From contig CALHNI010000001.1 in NCBI GenBank assembly GCA_938034975.1, forward strand, positions 105,807-169,806: a stretch of DNA of 64,000 nt, read 5' to 3'. Under the pieces are notes generated by a model. It was not told the origin of the DNA, ran no database searches, and saw only the letters and a list, made by a program, of their open reading frames with translations. Each line of letters opens with the position of its first letter. Within the stretch, counting starts at the first letter, position 1. A program made the translations under genes and the position numbers. This DNA is from Candidatus Goldiibacteriota bacterium (GTDB taxonomy: Bacteria; Oederibacteriota; PGYV01; DYJU01). Of the stretch, positions 24,759 to 34,298 are shown piece after piece.

Positions 24759-25612
24759 AAACTTATCCCGAGTGTTTATCATGTCTTTTAAAGCAAACTA
24801 TACAAACAGTTAAATTTGCCAAAGTTAAAAATAAATTACAGCAAAAAACAATCAAATTTATAGAAAAAAATTTTTTACCCTATGTAAATCTTTCCTTTTG
24901 CCCGCCCAAAATAAGCAGAAATATGCATATTAAAATAAAAAATTTAATCAAAGTCAACGACCCTTATGTTCATGTTAAAATTAAATATAATAAAATTGCA
25001 ATGTCACTATATAAATCCCTTAAAAACAAAATAAAAAAATCTGACGATAAACTTTTGACAGCAATTAAAATTGCTGTTGCTGGAAATATAATTGATTTTG
25101 GCGCACAACTTACATTTGATATAAAAAAAGATCTATCTGATGTTCTTAATAAAAATTTTGCCATATTTGATTATAAAAAATTAAAACAAAAATTAAAATC
25201 AGTCAAAGATATATTATATCTTGCTGATAATACAGGCGAAACTATTTTTGATAGAATTTTAATAGAACAATTAATAGAAACTTATAATTCTTCAGTTATT
25301 TATGCTGTAAAAGAAAAGCCAATTTTAAATGATGCAACTTTTGAAGATGCTGTTTTTGCAGGTATTGATAAATATGCACAAATTATATCCTGTGGCGCTG
25401 ATTCACCCGGCATTGTTCTTGAATATTGCAATAAGGAATTTTTAAAAATTTTTAATAAATCAAAACTCATAATAAGCAAAGGTCAGGGAAATTTTGAAGC
25501 GCTTGATAAAATAAAAAAGCCAATATTCTTTTTATTTAAAATTAAATGTGATGTTGTTTCTGATTATATGAACCTGCCTGTCGGAAGCATAATATTAAAA
25601 AGTAATTTATAA
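24755..25612 (+). CDS. DUF89 / ARMT1-like damage-control phosphatase family protein
   Basis: 285 aa with an N-terminal ECLSCLLKQ and LADNTGETIFD and SKGQGNFE motifs characteristic of DUF89. It overlaps the upstream gene by 4 nt. Confidence 0.7.
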   Translation: MKTYPECLSCLLKQTIQTVKFAKVKNKLQQKTIKFIEKNFLPYVNLSFCPPKISRNMHIKIKNLIKVNDPYVHVKIKYNKIAMSLYKSLKNKIKKSDDKLLTAIKIAVAGNIIDFGAQLTFDIKKDLSDVLNKNFAIFDYKKLKQKLKSVKDILYLADNTGETIFDRILIEQLIETYNSSVIYAVKEKPILNDATFEDAVFAGIDKYAQIISCGADSPGIVLEYCNKEFLKIFNKSKLIISKGQGNFEALDKIKKPIFFLFKIKCDVVSDYMNLPVGSIILKSNL

Positions 25613-25617
25613 TTTTT

Positions 25618-26367
25618 TTAAATTTTTGTTTTCTCCCATAATTTTAGCATTTCTTTTTCGCTCATACCAGCATATAATTTTTTTTCTATTTTTTTAAATC
25701 TTTTTATGAATTTATCATTTGTTTTATGAAGCGCGTCCTCCGGGTCTATCTTATTATAATAAGCCAAAGCAGCAATTATAAATAATAAATCCCCTATTTC
25801 CTCTTTTAATGCTTTTTTATTTTTAATTGCTTCTTTTACTTCTAAAAATTCCTCATTTATTTTTTTTAAAATACTTTTATTTTCATTCCAGGAAAAACCT
25901 GCACTTTTTGCTTTACTTATAAGACGCCTTGCCCTTAACAAAGAAGGCAATGCATATGGAACGCCATCAAGTATTGATGACCGATTTTTTTCATTTTTCT
26001 TTTCTTTTTCCCAAAAAATCCTTACATGCCAGTCCTTTTTAAGCCCTTTTTTATCTGCAAAAACATGTGGATGTCTTTGCACCAATTTTTGATTTAATTT
26101 TTTTATAACATCATAAATATCAAATTTCCCATTTTCCTTTGCAATCTGGCAATGAAAAACAACCTGCAATAAAAGATCGCCAAGTTCCTCTGTTATATCT
26201 TCTTTTTTATTTTTATTAAAAGCTTCAATTAATTCATATGTTTCTTCCAATAAATATGGCAGTATGGTTTTATGCGTTTGTTTTTTATCCCATGGACAAC
26301 CATTTTTCCCACGTAATTTTTCCATTATTTTAATAAGTGTCTGAAATTCACTTTTTTTATTTTTCAT
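25618..26367 (-). CDS. mazG: Nucleoside triphosphate pyrophosphohydrolase MazG
   Basis: 249 aa with tandem MazG domains (GCPWDKKQTH, EETYELIEA, EELGDLLLQVVFH, EEIGDLLF). Confidence 0.9.
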   Translation of the reverse strand: MKNKKSEFQTLIKIMEKLRGKNGCPWDKKQTHKTILPYLLEETYELIEAFNKNKKEDITEELGDLLLQVVFHCQIAKENGKFDIYDVIKKLNQKLVQRHPHVFADKKGLKKDWHVRIFWEKEKKNEKNRSSILDGVPYALPSLLRARRLISKAKSAGFSWNENKSILKKINEEFLEVKEAIKNKKALKEEIGDLLFIIAALAYYNKIDPEDALHKTNDKFIKRFKKIEKKLYAGMSEKEMLKLWEKTKI

Positions 26368-28510
26368 CTGTAGCCTTTTTTAAAAATAATAAGATAAAAA
26401 TTAAAATAAAACATAAAATTATGGTAATTTTTATTCCAATTGCCGGAACTAAAACAACAGATACCATAAATGCACCTGTTGCACCTCCCAAAAGGTCAAT
26501 GCCATATAAAAATGAGGCATTTACCTGTCTGGCTATTATTGTATAAGTTGCCCCTGTAAAAAATCCTATATTGAACAAGTAAAATAAAATCAGTATAAAA
26601 TTTAGATTTTTAATTGTTAAAATAATTAAAATATTTATAAATAAAGCAGAGATAATAATTTTATTAATATCAATATTTTTCATAAAAGCAAATAAACAAC
26701 CAGCCACAATTCCAGCCATAAAAACAGCAAAAAGCAATCCAATTATCTGGTAAATATAACCGTAAACACTTTGAAATAAAAAAATCAGAACCATTTGTAA
26801 AACTATTGCTGTAAAACTTATTATAAACATATTTATATAAAAATTTAATTTTTTTTTTAATTCTTCTGATTTTATTAAAAAATTAAAAATAACTATAAAA
26901 AACAAAAACATTATTATTGTTTTTAATATGTTAAAATTATTTTTAAAATAAAAAAAATCAGATAAAATACCATAAAAGCAGGCAGATGGTGAATAAACAG
27001 TATTTAATCTCACTTTTGTTTTTTCCAATAGATTTTCAATATATTGTCTTTTTTCTGTATTTAAAATTTTTTCAAGATATTTTCTGTTAAAAGTAGGTAT
27101 TTCAACTTTTTCTTCGGATATTCTTGACAAAACATATTCCGGAGTAATATTTATTTTATTTTCACAGCATAAAAAATACAATGACTCACCAGGAATTAAA
27201 AACACATTATTAAAAACTGATTTTATTGTTTTATAAACAGAACTTAATCCGTATAATATATTTTTATCTATATAATTTTCACCTGCTTTTAAAGAAAATA
27301 CTAAAATTCCTTCATCTTTTAAATATTTTTTTAGAATTTCAAAAAATTCTTTTGTATAATACCTTGTTGATGCTAATGTTCCTTCAAGCGTTATATTAAG
27401 TATCATTGTATCAAATTTTTCATTTATTAAATTATTTTTTAAATAATAAACAGCATCACCATAATAAAAATTTATTTTTTCCTTGTGTTTTATATCCTGT
27501 TCAAAAAATTTTTTTAACACTTTGGCTTCTTCGTTATCATTTTCAATGTAAAATATTTTCCTTGTTGTTTTGTAATTTAAAATCTCTTCCAGCATCCCGG
27601 TATAACCGCCATTTATCAGTAAAATTTTTTCATTTTGGTCATGAGTTAAAATTGCCCATCCGGTAAATTCTTTGTTTCTTTCATCTGGTTTTGAATAATG
27701 TAAAATTCCATTTGAATATACATTATAAACATTATTTTCTTTTGTGATTGTTATTTTGGATGTTTTAAGTTCTTTATTAAAAAGAATTGTTTTTTTTAAA
27801 AAATTAAAATCCAAACTTTTTTTATCTAATTTTTGATTTACATTTATTATAAGCGGCAAAAGATATAAAATAAGAATAAATGTTAAAATCATTTGCAATT
27901 TGATATTTTTCCAACTTTCGCTATGAAAAATAACATAAATTACTACTATATTTATTATACCAATCCAGTAAATAAGAATAAAATTCGGGATATTTCCAAC
28001 TAAAAAAAATGTATAAATAACCCCGGCAGAAATTGCTCCAAGAGCCTCAAATAAATAAAGTAAAGAAAAATATTTTTTTAAATCATATTTTCTTAAAAAC
28101 TCAATTATAAAAGAAAAATTAATGGTTAATAAAAAATTAATAGGAAAAAATACTATTATTGTAATTAACATTGCATCCCATATATTTAATATAATCTCTT
28201 GCGGAATACCAATTGCTGTCTTTATAACCCTTGTAAATAAAATCATCAAAAGAACAGTTATTATTGATAATACCGGCAAAATAATCATTGAATAAAAAAT
28301 TTTTTTTAAAGAAGAATCTTTTATAAATTTTTCATAAAAAAAAGTTCCCGCAAAAGCACCTGATAAAAGCCATGAAAATAGTATTATACCAAGCACTAAT
28401 TCATTTGCATAAACCTGACTTAGTATCTCCCTGAATAGAATAATCTGACTTAACATTGCAGAGATGCCATTTAAAAAAACTAATATTATTAGTTTAAAAA
28501 ATATGTTCAT
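26357..28510 (-). CDS. Fused polytopic-membrane / spermidine-synthase-like protein
   Basis: 717 aa. About 7 N-terminal TM segments are followed by a central SAM-fold region (ILLINGGYTGMLEEIL, DTMILNI) resembling SpeE, then more C-terminal TM segments. Confidence 0.65.
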   Translation of the reverse strand: MNIFFKLIILVFLNGISAMLSQIILFREILSQVYANELVLGIILFSWLLSGAFAGTFFYEKFIKDSSLKKIFYSMIILPVLSIITVLLMILFTRVIKTAIGIPQEIILNIWDAMLITIIVFFPINFLLTINFSFIIEFLRKYDLKKYFSLLYLFEALGAISAGVIYTFFLVGNIPNFILIYWIGIINIVVIYVIFHSESWKNIKLQMILTFILILYLLPLIINVNQKLDKKSLDFNFLKKTILFNKELKTSKITITKENNVYNVYSNGILHYSKPDERNKEFTGWAILTHDQNEKILLINGGYTGMLEEILNYKTTRKIFYIENDNEEAKVLKKFFEQDIKHKEKINFYYGDAVYYLKNNLINEKFDTMILNITLEGTLASTRYYTKEFFEILKKYLKDEGILVFSLKAGENYIDKNILYGLSSVYKTIKSVFNNVFLIPGESLYFLCCENKINITPEYVLSRISEEKVEIPTFNRKYLEKILNTEKRQYIENLLEKTKVRLNTVYSPSACFYGILSDFFYFKNNFNILKTIIMFLFFIVIFNFLIKSEELKKKLNFYINMFIISFTAIVLQMVLIFLFQSVYGYIYQIIGLLFAVFMAGIVAGCLFAFMKNIDINKIIISALFINILIILTIKNLNFILILFYLFNIGFFTGATYTIIARQVNASFLYGIDLLGGATGAFMVSVVLVPAIGIKITIILCFILIFILLFLKKATDEK

Positions 28511-28947
28511 ATCTTATGTATTCCTCCGGGAGGCACATCAAAAATTTTTTTCATATCAAATTTAACCCATATTCTGTAAATCAAAAAATAACCAAATGGT
28601 TTTGTATTATTTGAAAACTGGTCTGGCAAAATATGAAAAAGATACGAAATAGAAAAAACAACAGGAAAAACATAATTATTCATAAAAAATCCAGTTATAA
28701 AAGCAATCGGAATATATTCATAAGCATGAAAAAAAAGATACATTTTTTTAAAATCTCCCAAATAAGATTTTATAAAAAGATGTTTTAAATCAAATTTTTT
28801 TTCTTCTCTCACATAATCATAAATATGATCAATGTCAAGTAAAACCCCTATGCAAAACGAAAAAAAGAAATAAAAATAGGACTTGGTAAAATAAAGAATT
28901 GCCAAACTTACAGGTGTTGATATTGCAATGTGATGTTCAAGTTTCAT
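28507..28947 (-). CDS. Small membrane protein, possibly YdjM/DUF457-like metal-dependent hydrolase
   Basis: 146 aa with an N-terminal EHH motif, LLDIDH and 3-4 TM segments. The assignment is weak. Confidence 0.35.
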   Translation of the reverse strand: MKLEHHIAISTPVSLAILYFTKSYFYFFFSFCIGVLLDIDHIYDYVREEKKFDLKHLFIKSYLGDFKKMYLFFHAYEYIPIAFITGFFMNNYVFPVVFSISYLFHILPDQFSNNTKPFGYFLIYRIWVKFDMKKIFDVPPGGIHKI

Positions 28948-30310
28948 CTTTTATAAATTTTCTGGCATTTATTATCTGATTATTTATGCTTTTTTCTGAT
29001 GTTGAACCATACGTTTGTTTGGAATTAACAGAATCTTCTGCATTTAATAATTTATATATGTCTTTATCAAAATACTTGGAAATATTTTTTAATTCATTTT
29101 CTGTTAAATCTTTTAAACTTTTATTATGTTTAACACAATAGGCAATTAATTGACCTGTGATGAAATGTGCATCTCTGAATGGAAGCCCTTTTTTTACCAA
29201 AAGATCCACAATATCAACAGCAAACATATACGACTTATTTATATTCCTTGTAATTATTTCTGTATTAAATTTAATATTTTTAATAAATTTTTCTATTATT
29301 AATAAAATACTTTTCATTTCATCAACAGCATCAAATAAAGGTTTTTTATCTTCCTGCATATCTTTATTATATGACATCGGAATTCCTTTTAGCATAACAA
29401 AAATTGAAATAAGATAACCGTAAAACAGACCAGTTTTTCCACGTATCAACTCTGCTATATCCGGATTTTTTTTATTTGGCATAATACTGCTTCCTGTTGC
29501 AAAAGAATCATCAATTTCTATATATGAAAATTCATTTGAATTAAAAATAATAATGTCCTCGGCTAAACGTGATAAATGAGTTGCTGTAATTGCAGTAAAG
29601 TATAAAAATTCAGTTATAAACCCTCTATCAGAAACAGCATCCATACTGTTTTCAGTAATACCTTTAAAGCCAAGTTCTTTTGCAATATATAATCTATCAA
29701 GATTAAACCCAATTCCGGCAAGCGCACCTGAACCTAATGGTGAGTGATCCATCCTTTTTTCTATAAATATTAAAAGTTCATAGTCCCTTTTTAACTTCTG
29801 AAAATAACACAACAACCAATGGGAAACCGATATTATCTGTGCCTGCTGTAAATGAGTATACCCAGGCATAAAATTTTTCCTATTCTTTTCTGCAAGTGAT
29901 AAAATTGTTTTTAATAAATTTAATAATAATTTTTTTATCATTTTTATTTCTTCTTTTAAGAATAACTTTTCGTCAGTTGCAATAAGGTCATTTCTGCTTC
30001 TGCCTGTATGTAATTTTTTCCCAGTATTACCTATTAATTTTGTAAGTTCAATTTCAACTGCTGAATGAACATCTTCGTATTTTGACCAGTTAATTTTTTT
30101 TTCTTTTTTTAACAATAACTTTAAACCTGAAATGATTTTATTTTTTTCTTCGTTTGATATTATTTTTGCCTTATAAAGTGCTTTTGCATGGGCAATACTG
30201 GCCAAAATATCATATTTAAATAATCTTTTATCAAAACTTACAGAAGCATTAAATTTTTCTGCATCTTTATCTAAATGCTTTTTTATCCTGCCGTCCCAAA
30301 CTTTTTTCAT
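28937..30310 (-). CDS. argH: Argininosuccinate lyase
   Basis: 457 aa with [16 protein letters not shown] and [12 protein letters not shown] signature motifs. Confidence 0.95.
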   Translation of the reverse strand: MKKVWDGRIKKHLDKDAEKFNASVSFDKRLFKYDILASIAHAKALYKAKIISNEEKNKIISGLKLLLKKEKKINWSKYEDVHSAVEIELTKLIGNTGKKLHTGRSRNDLIATDEKLFLKEEIKMIKKLLLNLLKTILSLAEKNRKNFMPGYTHLQQAQIISVSHWLLCYFQKLKRDYELLIFIEKRMDHSPLGSGALAGIGFNLDRLYIAKELGFKGITENSMDAVSDRGFITEFLYFTAITATHLSRLAEDIIIFNSNEFSYIEIDDSFATGSSIMPNKKNPDIAELIRGKTGLFYGYLISIFVMLKGIPMSYNKDMQEDKKPLFDAVDEMKSILLIIEKFIKNIKFNTEIITRNINKSYMFAVDIVDLLVKKGLPFRDAHFITGQLIAYCVKHNKSLKDLTENELKNISKYFDKDIYKLLNAEDSVNSKQTYGSTSEKSINNQIINARKFIKDET

Positions 30311-31527
30311 TTTTTCTCCTCCATATAATTTTTTCTTTTACCAGTGAGTTTGATCTGCAAACCAAATAAATTTATAAAACCTTCTGCGTCTTTTTGTGAA
30401 TACACCTCCTCTTTTTCAAAAGTTGCATATTTTTCACTGTAAAGTGAAAAAGGCGATCTTTTTGAAACAGGTATTATATTTCCTTTTAATAATTTTAATT
30501 TGACTTTACCTGTTACAAATTCCTGAGTTTTATCTATAAAGGCACTTAAAGCCTCCCTTAATGGAGAAAACCACATACCATAATAAATGAGTTCAGAAAA
30601 TTTTATAGCCACTTGTTGTTTAAAATGTAAAGTTTCCCTATCCAGCGTTATCTCTTCAAGACATGAATGAGCCGTATATAAAATTGTTCCACCTGGTGTT
30701 TCATAAACTCCTCTTGATTTTATGCCAACCAACCTGTTTTCAACCATATCCACAAGACCTATGCCATGCTTTGCCCCATAATAATTTAATTTATACATAA
30801 TGTCAAGCAAATTCATTTTTCTGTTATTTATTGCAACAGGTTCTCCTTTTATAAATTCAACAGTTATAAACTCTGCTTTATTTTGTGCTTTTTCAATACT
30901 TTTTATTTTTTTAAGTATGTTATCTGGGGGTTCTTTTTCAGGATTTTCAAGAATTCCGCCTTCATGTGATATATGAAATAAATTATCATCTTCTGAATAT
31001 GGTTTGCTTTTAGTTACAGGAACCGGTATATTATGTGCTTTTGCATATTCCATTGCTTCTGTTCTTGATTTTATATTCCACTCACGCCATGGTGCAATTA
31101 TTTTTATATCAGGTGATAATGCTTTATAGGTTAATTCAAATCTGACCTGATCATTTCCTTTCCCTGTGGCACCATGTGCTACTGCATCTGCATTTTCTTT
31201 TTTTGCAATCTCTATCTGTGTTTTTGCAATTAATGGCCTTGCAATAGATGTGCCCATTAAATATTTACCTTCATAAACTGCTCCTGATTTTATCATGGGG
31301 ATTATATATTCGCTTACGAATTCTTCTCTCTTATCAATTACATAAACCTTATCAGCACCGCTGGACTTTGCTTTGTTTTTAATTTTATTAAAATCATCGT
31401 CTTGTCCAATATTTACACAACAAGCAATTACCTCACATCCATAATTTTCCTTTAACCATGGAACTATGATTGAAGTATCAAGACCTCCAGAATAAGCAAG
31501 AACAACTTTTTTAATTTTACTATTCAT
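30307..31527 (-). CDS. argG: Argininosuccinate synthase
   Basis: 406 aa with AYSGGLDTS and [13 protein letters not shown] motifs. Confidence 0.95.
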   Translation of the reverse strand: MNSKIKKVVLAYSGGLDTSIIVPWLKENYGCEVIACCVNIGQDDDFNKIKNKAKSSGADKVYVIDKREEFVSEYIIPMIKSGAVYEGKYLMGTSIARPLIAKTQIEIAKKENADAVAHGATGKGNDQVRFELTYKALSPDIKIIAPWREWNIKSRTEAMEYAKAHNIPVPVTKSKPYSEDDNLFHISHEGGILENPEKEPPDNILKKIKSIEKAQNKAEFITVEFIKGEPVAINNRKMNLLDIMYKLNYYGAKHGIGLVDMVENRLVGIKSRGVYETPGGTILYTAHSCLEEITLDRETLHFKQQVAIKFSELIYYGMWFSPLREALSAFIDKTQEFVTGKVKLKLLKGNIIPVSKRSPFSLYSEKYATFEKEEVYSQKDAEGFINLFGLQIKLTGKRKNYMEEKK

Positions 31528-31547
31528 TATCGTCTCCTTAAAAATTA

Positions 31548-31754
31548 CCGTAAAAACGCGTTAGAAAAAGCATTTTTACGAGAATATAAAATATGTCTTT
31601 TTGGTTTAATAATTTCTTATTTTTATAGCACATTACTTTAATTCACCTGTTTTTTAATTTTAAAAACATGTTCACTCTTAAAATTCTTATTTGTTTATAA
31701 ACCTTTTTTTATATTTTCTCCTTTCCGCTGAAAAACGCTAATGCGTTTTTCGGG
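31548..31754 (+). repeat. Family-B repeat, copy B5 (207 bp)
   Basis: The sequence reads ccgtaaaaacgcgttagaaaaagcatttttacg...ccgctgaaaaacgctaatgcgtttttcggg. The centre is near-identical to B4. Confidence 0.8.
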
Positions 31755-31769
31755 ACTATTAATCTTTTA

Positions 31770-31797
31770 TTGAATTTTTATTTATTCTTTGTATAAT
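31770..31797 (+). promoter_or_regulatory. Candidate tmk-operon promoter (TTGAAT-N16, TG-extended TATAAT)
   Basis: aTTGAATttttatttattctTTGTATAATgta lies about 35 nt upstream of the gaggag-ATG at 31834. Confidence 0.5.
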
Positions 31798-31833
31798 GTA
31801 AAAACCTAAAATAAATCAGAGGAGTTATTTATA

Positions 31834-32457
31834 ATGCCAGGGAAAATAATTGTTTTTGAAGGTGTAGAAGGAACAGGAAAGACCACAATTGCCAGAAAAT
31901 TATTTAAATATATGATAAATAAAGGGAAAAAGGCAATATTTTTGCGTGAGCCAGGAGGCACAGAAATATCCGAAAAAATAAGAAAAATACTGCTTGATTG
32001 TAAAAACAAAAATATAAGCAAAAAAACAGAGTTTTTACTTTATCTAGCAAGCCGTTCCCAGCTTATTTTTGAAAAAATAAGGAAACTTTTAAAAAAAAAT
32101 TATTTAATAATTCTTGATAGATTTTATCTTGCAACAATTGTTTATCAGGGATATGCAAGAGGTCTTGATATAAAATTTATAAAAGCCATTAATAATTTTG
32201 TGATTGAAGATATGAAACCACACCTTACAATAATTCTGGACGCTTCTTTGGATACAATATATAAAAGAATTAAAAAAAGAAAAATTATAAACAGAATTGA
32301 TAAAGAATCAGTTTTTTTTCACAAAAAAGTAAGAGATGGATATCTAAAAGAATATAAAAAATTAAAAAATTGTTATCTTATAAATACCGAAAATAAAACT
32401 GTAAATCAGGTTTTTGAAATGACTTTAAAAATTTTGAATAATAAGAAATTATTATGA
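31834..32457 (+). CDS. tmk: Thymidylate kinase
   Basis: 207 aa with P-loop FEGVEGTGKTT, and REPGGT and DRF motifs. Confidence 0.9.
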   Translation: MPGKIIVFEGVEGTGKTTIARKLFKYMINKGKKAIFLREPGGTEISEKIRKILLDCKNKNISKKTEFLLYLASRSQLIFEKIRKLLKKNYLIILDRFYLATIVYQGYARGLDIKFIKAINNFVIEDMKPHLTIILDASLDTIYKRIKKRKIINRIDKESVFFHKKVRDGYLKEYKKLKNCYLINTENKTVNQVFEMTLKILNNKKLL

Positions 32458-33521
32458 GCATAAAAGATATTATCGGGAATCAACAGGCAAAAGAAACAAT
32501 GCTTTCAATCATAAGGACTGGAAAGTTGGGAGCAGCTTATATTTTTTCTGGCGAAGAAAATACAGGAAAAAGTTTTGCGGCTGTTCAATTTTCAAAAGCG
32601 TTAAACTGCAGGGCACTATTAAAAGATGGTGATTGCTGTGACAGATGCGAAAATTGTTTAACAATTGAAAAAGTTATTCTGAATTTGGATGAAAATTTTA
32701 ATACGCAAAATCCTCATCCTGATATTTTATATATAGATACTGAAAAAGCAAAATTGTCAATTGAACTTGTTCGTGATGCATTAAAATCTGCAAATGCAAT
32801 AAAAACTGTTTATTTGAGAAAAAAAATTGTTATCATAAAAGATGCTGAGAGAATGACAATTGATGCATCAAATTCAATATTAAAGGAATTAGAAGAACCA
32901 AAATCCGATGTTGTTATTATTTTAATTTGCAACAATATAGAATCAATACTTCCTACTATTATATCCAGATGTTATAATATAGCTATAAAAAGGGCTAGTA
33001 TAAATGAAATAAAAGAAAAAATATTAATTATAAAACCAGGAATTGATGAAAAATTAGCAGAAAAAATGGCAATTTATTCAGAAGGTAAAATTGGCTTGGC
33101 TTTAAATTATGATAAGGTTAAAAAAAATTATGAGGAAGTTGTAGAAATTTTTAAAATTCTGAATTTGAAAACAGATAATGTTGAATTGATATTTAATAAA
33201 ATAGAAGAACTGGAATTAAAATACAAAAGCGAAAAAGCAGAAAAAGTTTCAGGTGCAACGAGAAATTTTTTAATTGAAAATTTGAAGATGCTCGCGTATA
33301 TTTATAAGGATTTATTACATGCAATAACAGGTGTAGATAATTATTTTGAAAACAAATATCCTTTTAAATTAGATGAATATAAGGAATTTACTCCTGAAAA
33401 AATACTTAAAATATTATTTTTAATAAAAAATGCATACTATGATTTGGAAGCAAATGCAAATGTGGGTTTACTTTTAAATTCTTTATTTTTCAATATAAGA
33501 AAGGTGGTAAGAACAGAATGA
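32454..33521 (+). CDS. holB: DNA polymerase III delta-prime subunit
   Basis: 355 aa with AYIFSGEENTGKS, a Zn-module (C...CCDRCENC) and an SRC motif (IISRC). Confidence 0.8.
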   Translation: MSIKDIIGNQQAKETMLSIIRTGKLGAAYIFSGEENTGKSFAAVQFSKALNCRALLKDGDCCDRCENCLTIEKVILNLDENFNTQNPHPDILYIDTEKAKLSIELVRDALKSANAIKTVYLRKKIVIIKDAERMTIDASNSILKELEEPKSDVVIILICNNIESILPTIISRCYNIAIKRASINEIKEKILIIKPGIDEKLAEKMAIYSEGKIGLALNYDKVKKNYEEVVEIFKILNLKTDNVELIFNKIEELELKYKSEKAEKVSGATRNFLIENLKMLAYIYKDLLHAITGVDNYFENKYPFKLDEYKEFTPEKILKILFLIKNAYYDLEANANVGLLLNSLFFNIRKVVRTE

Positions 33522-34270
33522 TAGAAGTTATTGGTGTAAAATTCAAAGATGATGAAAAAATTTATTATTATAATCCGAATAAAATGAGTTTTGAAAAAGG
33601 TGAAAAGTGTCTTGTAGAAACAGCAGGCCGGGATTGTGAAGCAGAAGTTGTTTTATCCAACTTTTATATAGAGCCGGATAAAATATATGCCCCATTAAGA
33701 AACGTGCTTACGTATTTAACTGATAAAAAAGAACTTTTTGAACAAAAAAAGCAAAGATTAGAGAAAAAGGCATGGGAGTTCTGTGCAAAAAGGATAGAAG
33801 TGAGAAATTTGCCTATGCGGCTTATTGATGTTAAATACACAGAGGACTTAAAAAAAGTTACTTTTTTCTTTGTGGCAGAAAACAGAGTTGATTTCAGAGA
33901 ACTTTTAAAGGATCTTGTAAGGACATTAAAGGTAAAAATTGAGTTGCGACAGATAAGCAGGAGAGAGTATGCAAAAAAGATAGGCGGTATTGGAATTTGC
34001 GGACTTGAGTGTTGTTGTAAGAATTTTTTAAAAAATTTTAATCCGATTACGATAAAAATGGCAAAAGTCCAGGGTTTACCTTTAAATCCTTCAAAAATAT
34101 CCGGAATATGTGGTAGATTATTATGTTGCCTTGCCTATGAAAAATATGAAACATCCGTTAAACCTATAATTCAACAGATTGAACCTGAAGAGGGTGAAAT
34201 AACCCAGTTATTTGAAGATGAACAAACCGATATTATTGTTGAAACAGATGTTAACTGGCAGGATGATTAG
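33518..34270 (+). CDS. ricT: PSP1-domain protein (RicT/YaaT-like)
   Basis: 250 aa with PSP1 C-terminal domain features and a Cys-rich GICGLECCC...CGRLLCCL segment. It sits in the conserved position after holB. Confidence 0.8.
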   Translation: MIEVIGVKFKDDEKIYYYNPNKMSFEKGEKCLVETAGRDCEAEVVLSNFYIEPDKIYAPLRNVLTYLTDKKELFEQKKQRLEKKAWEFCAKRIEVRNLPMRLIDVKYTEDLKKVTFFFVAENRVDFRELLKDLVRTLKVKIELRQISRREYAKKIGGIGICGLECCCKNFLKNFNPITIKMAKVQGLPLNPSKISGICGRLLCCLAYEKYETSVKPIIQQIEPEEGEITQLFEDEQTDIIVETDVNWQDD

Positions 34271-34298
34271 ATAATTTAAAAATATAAGGAGAAATTCA

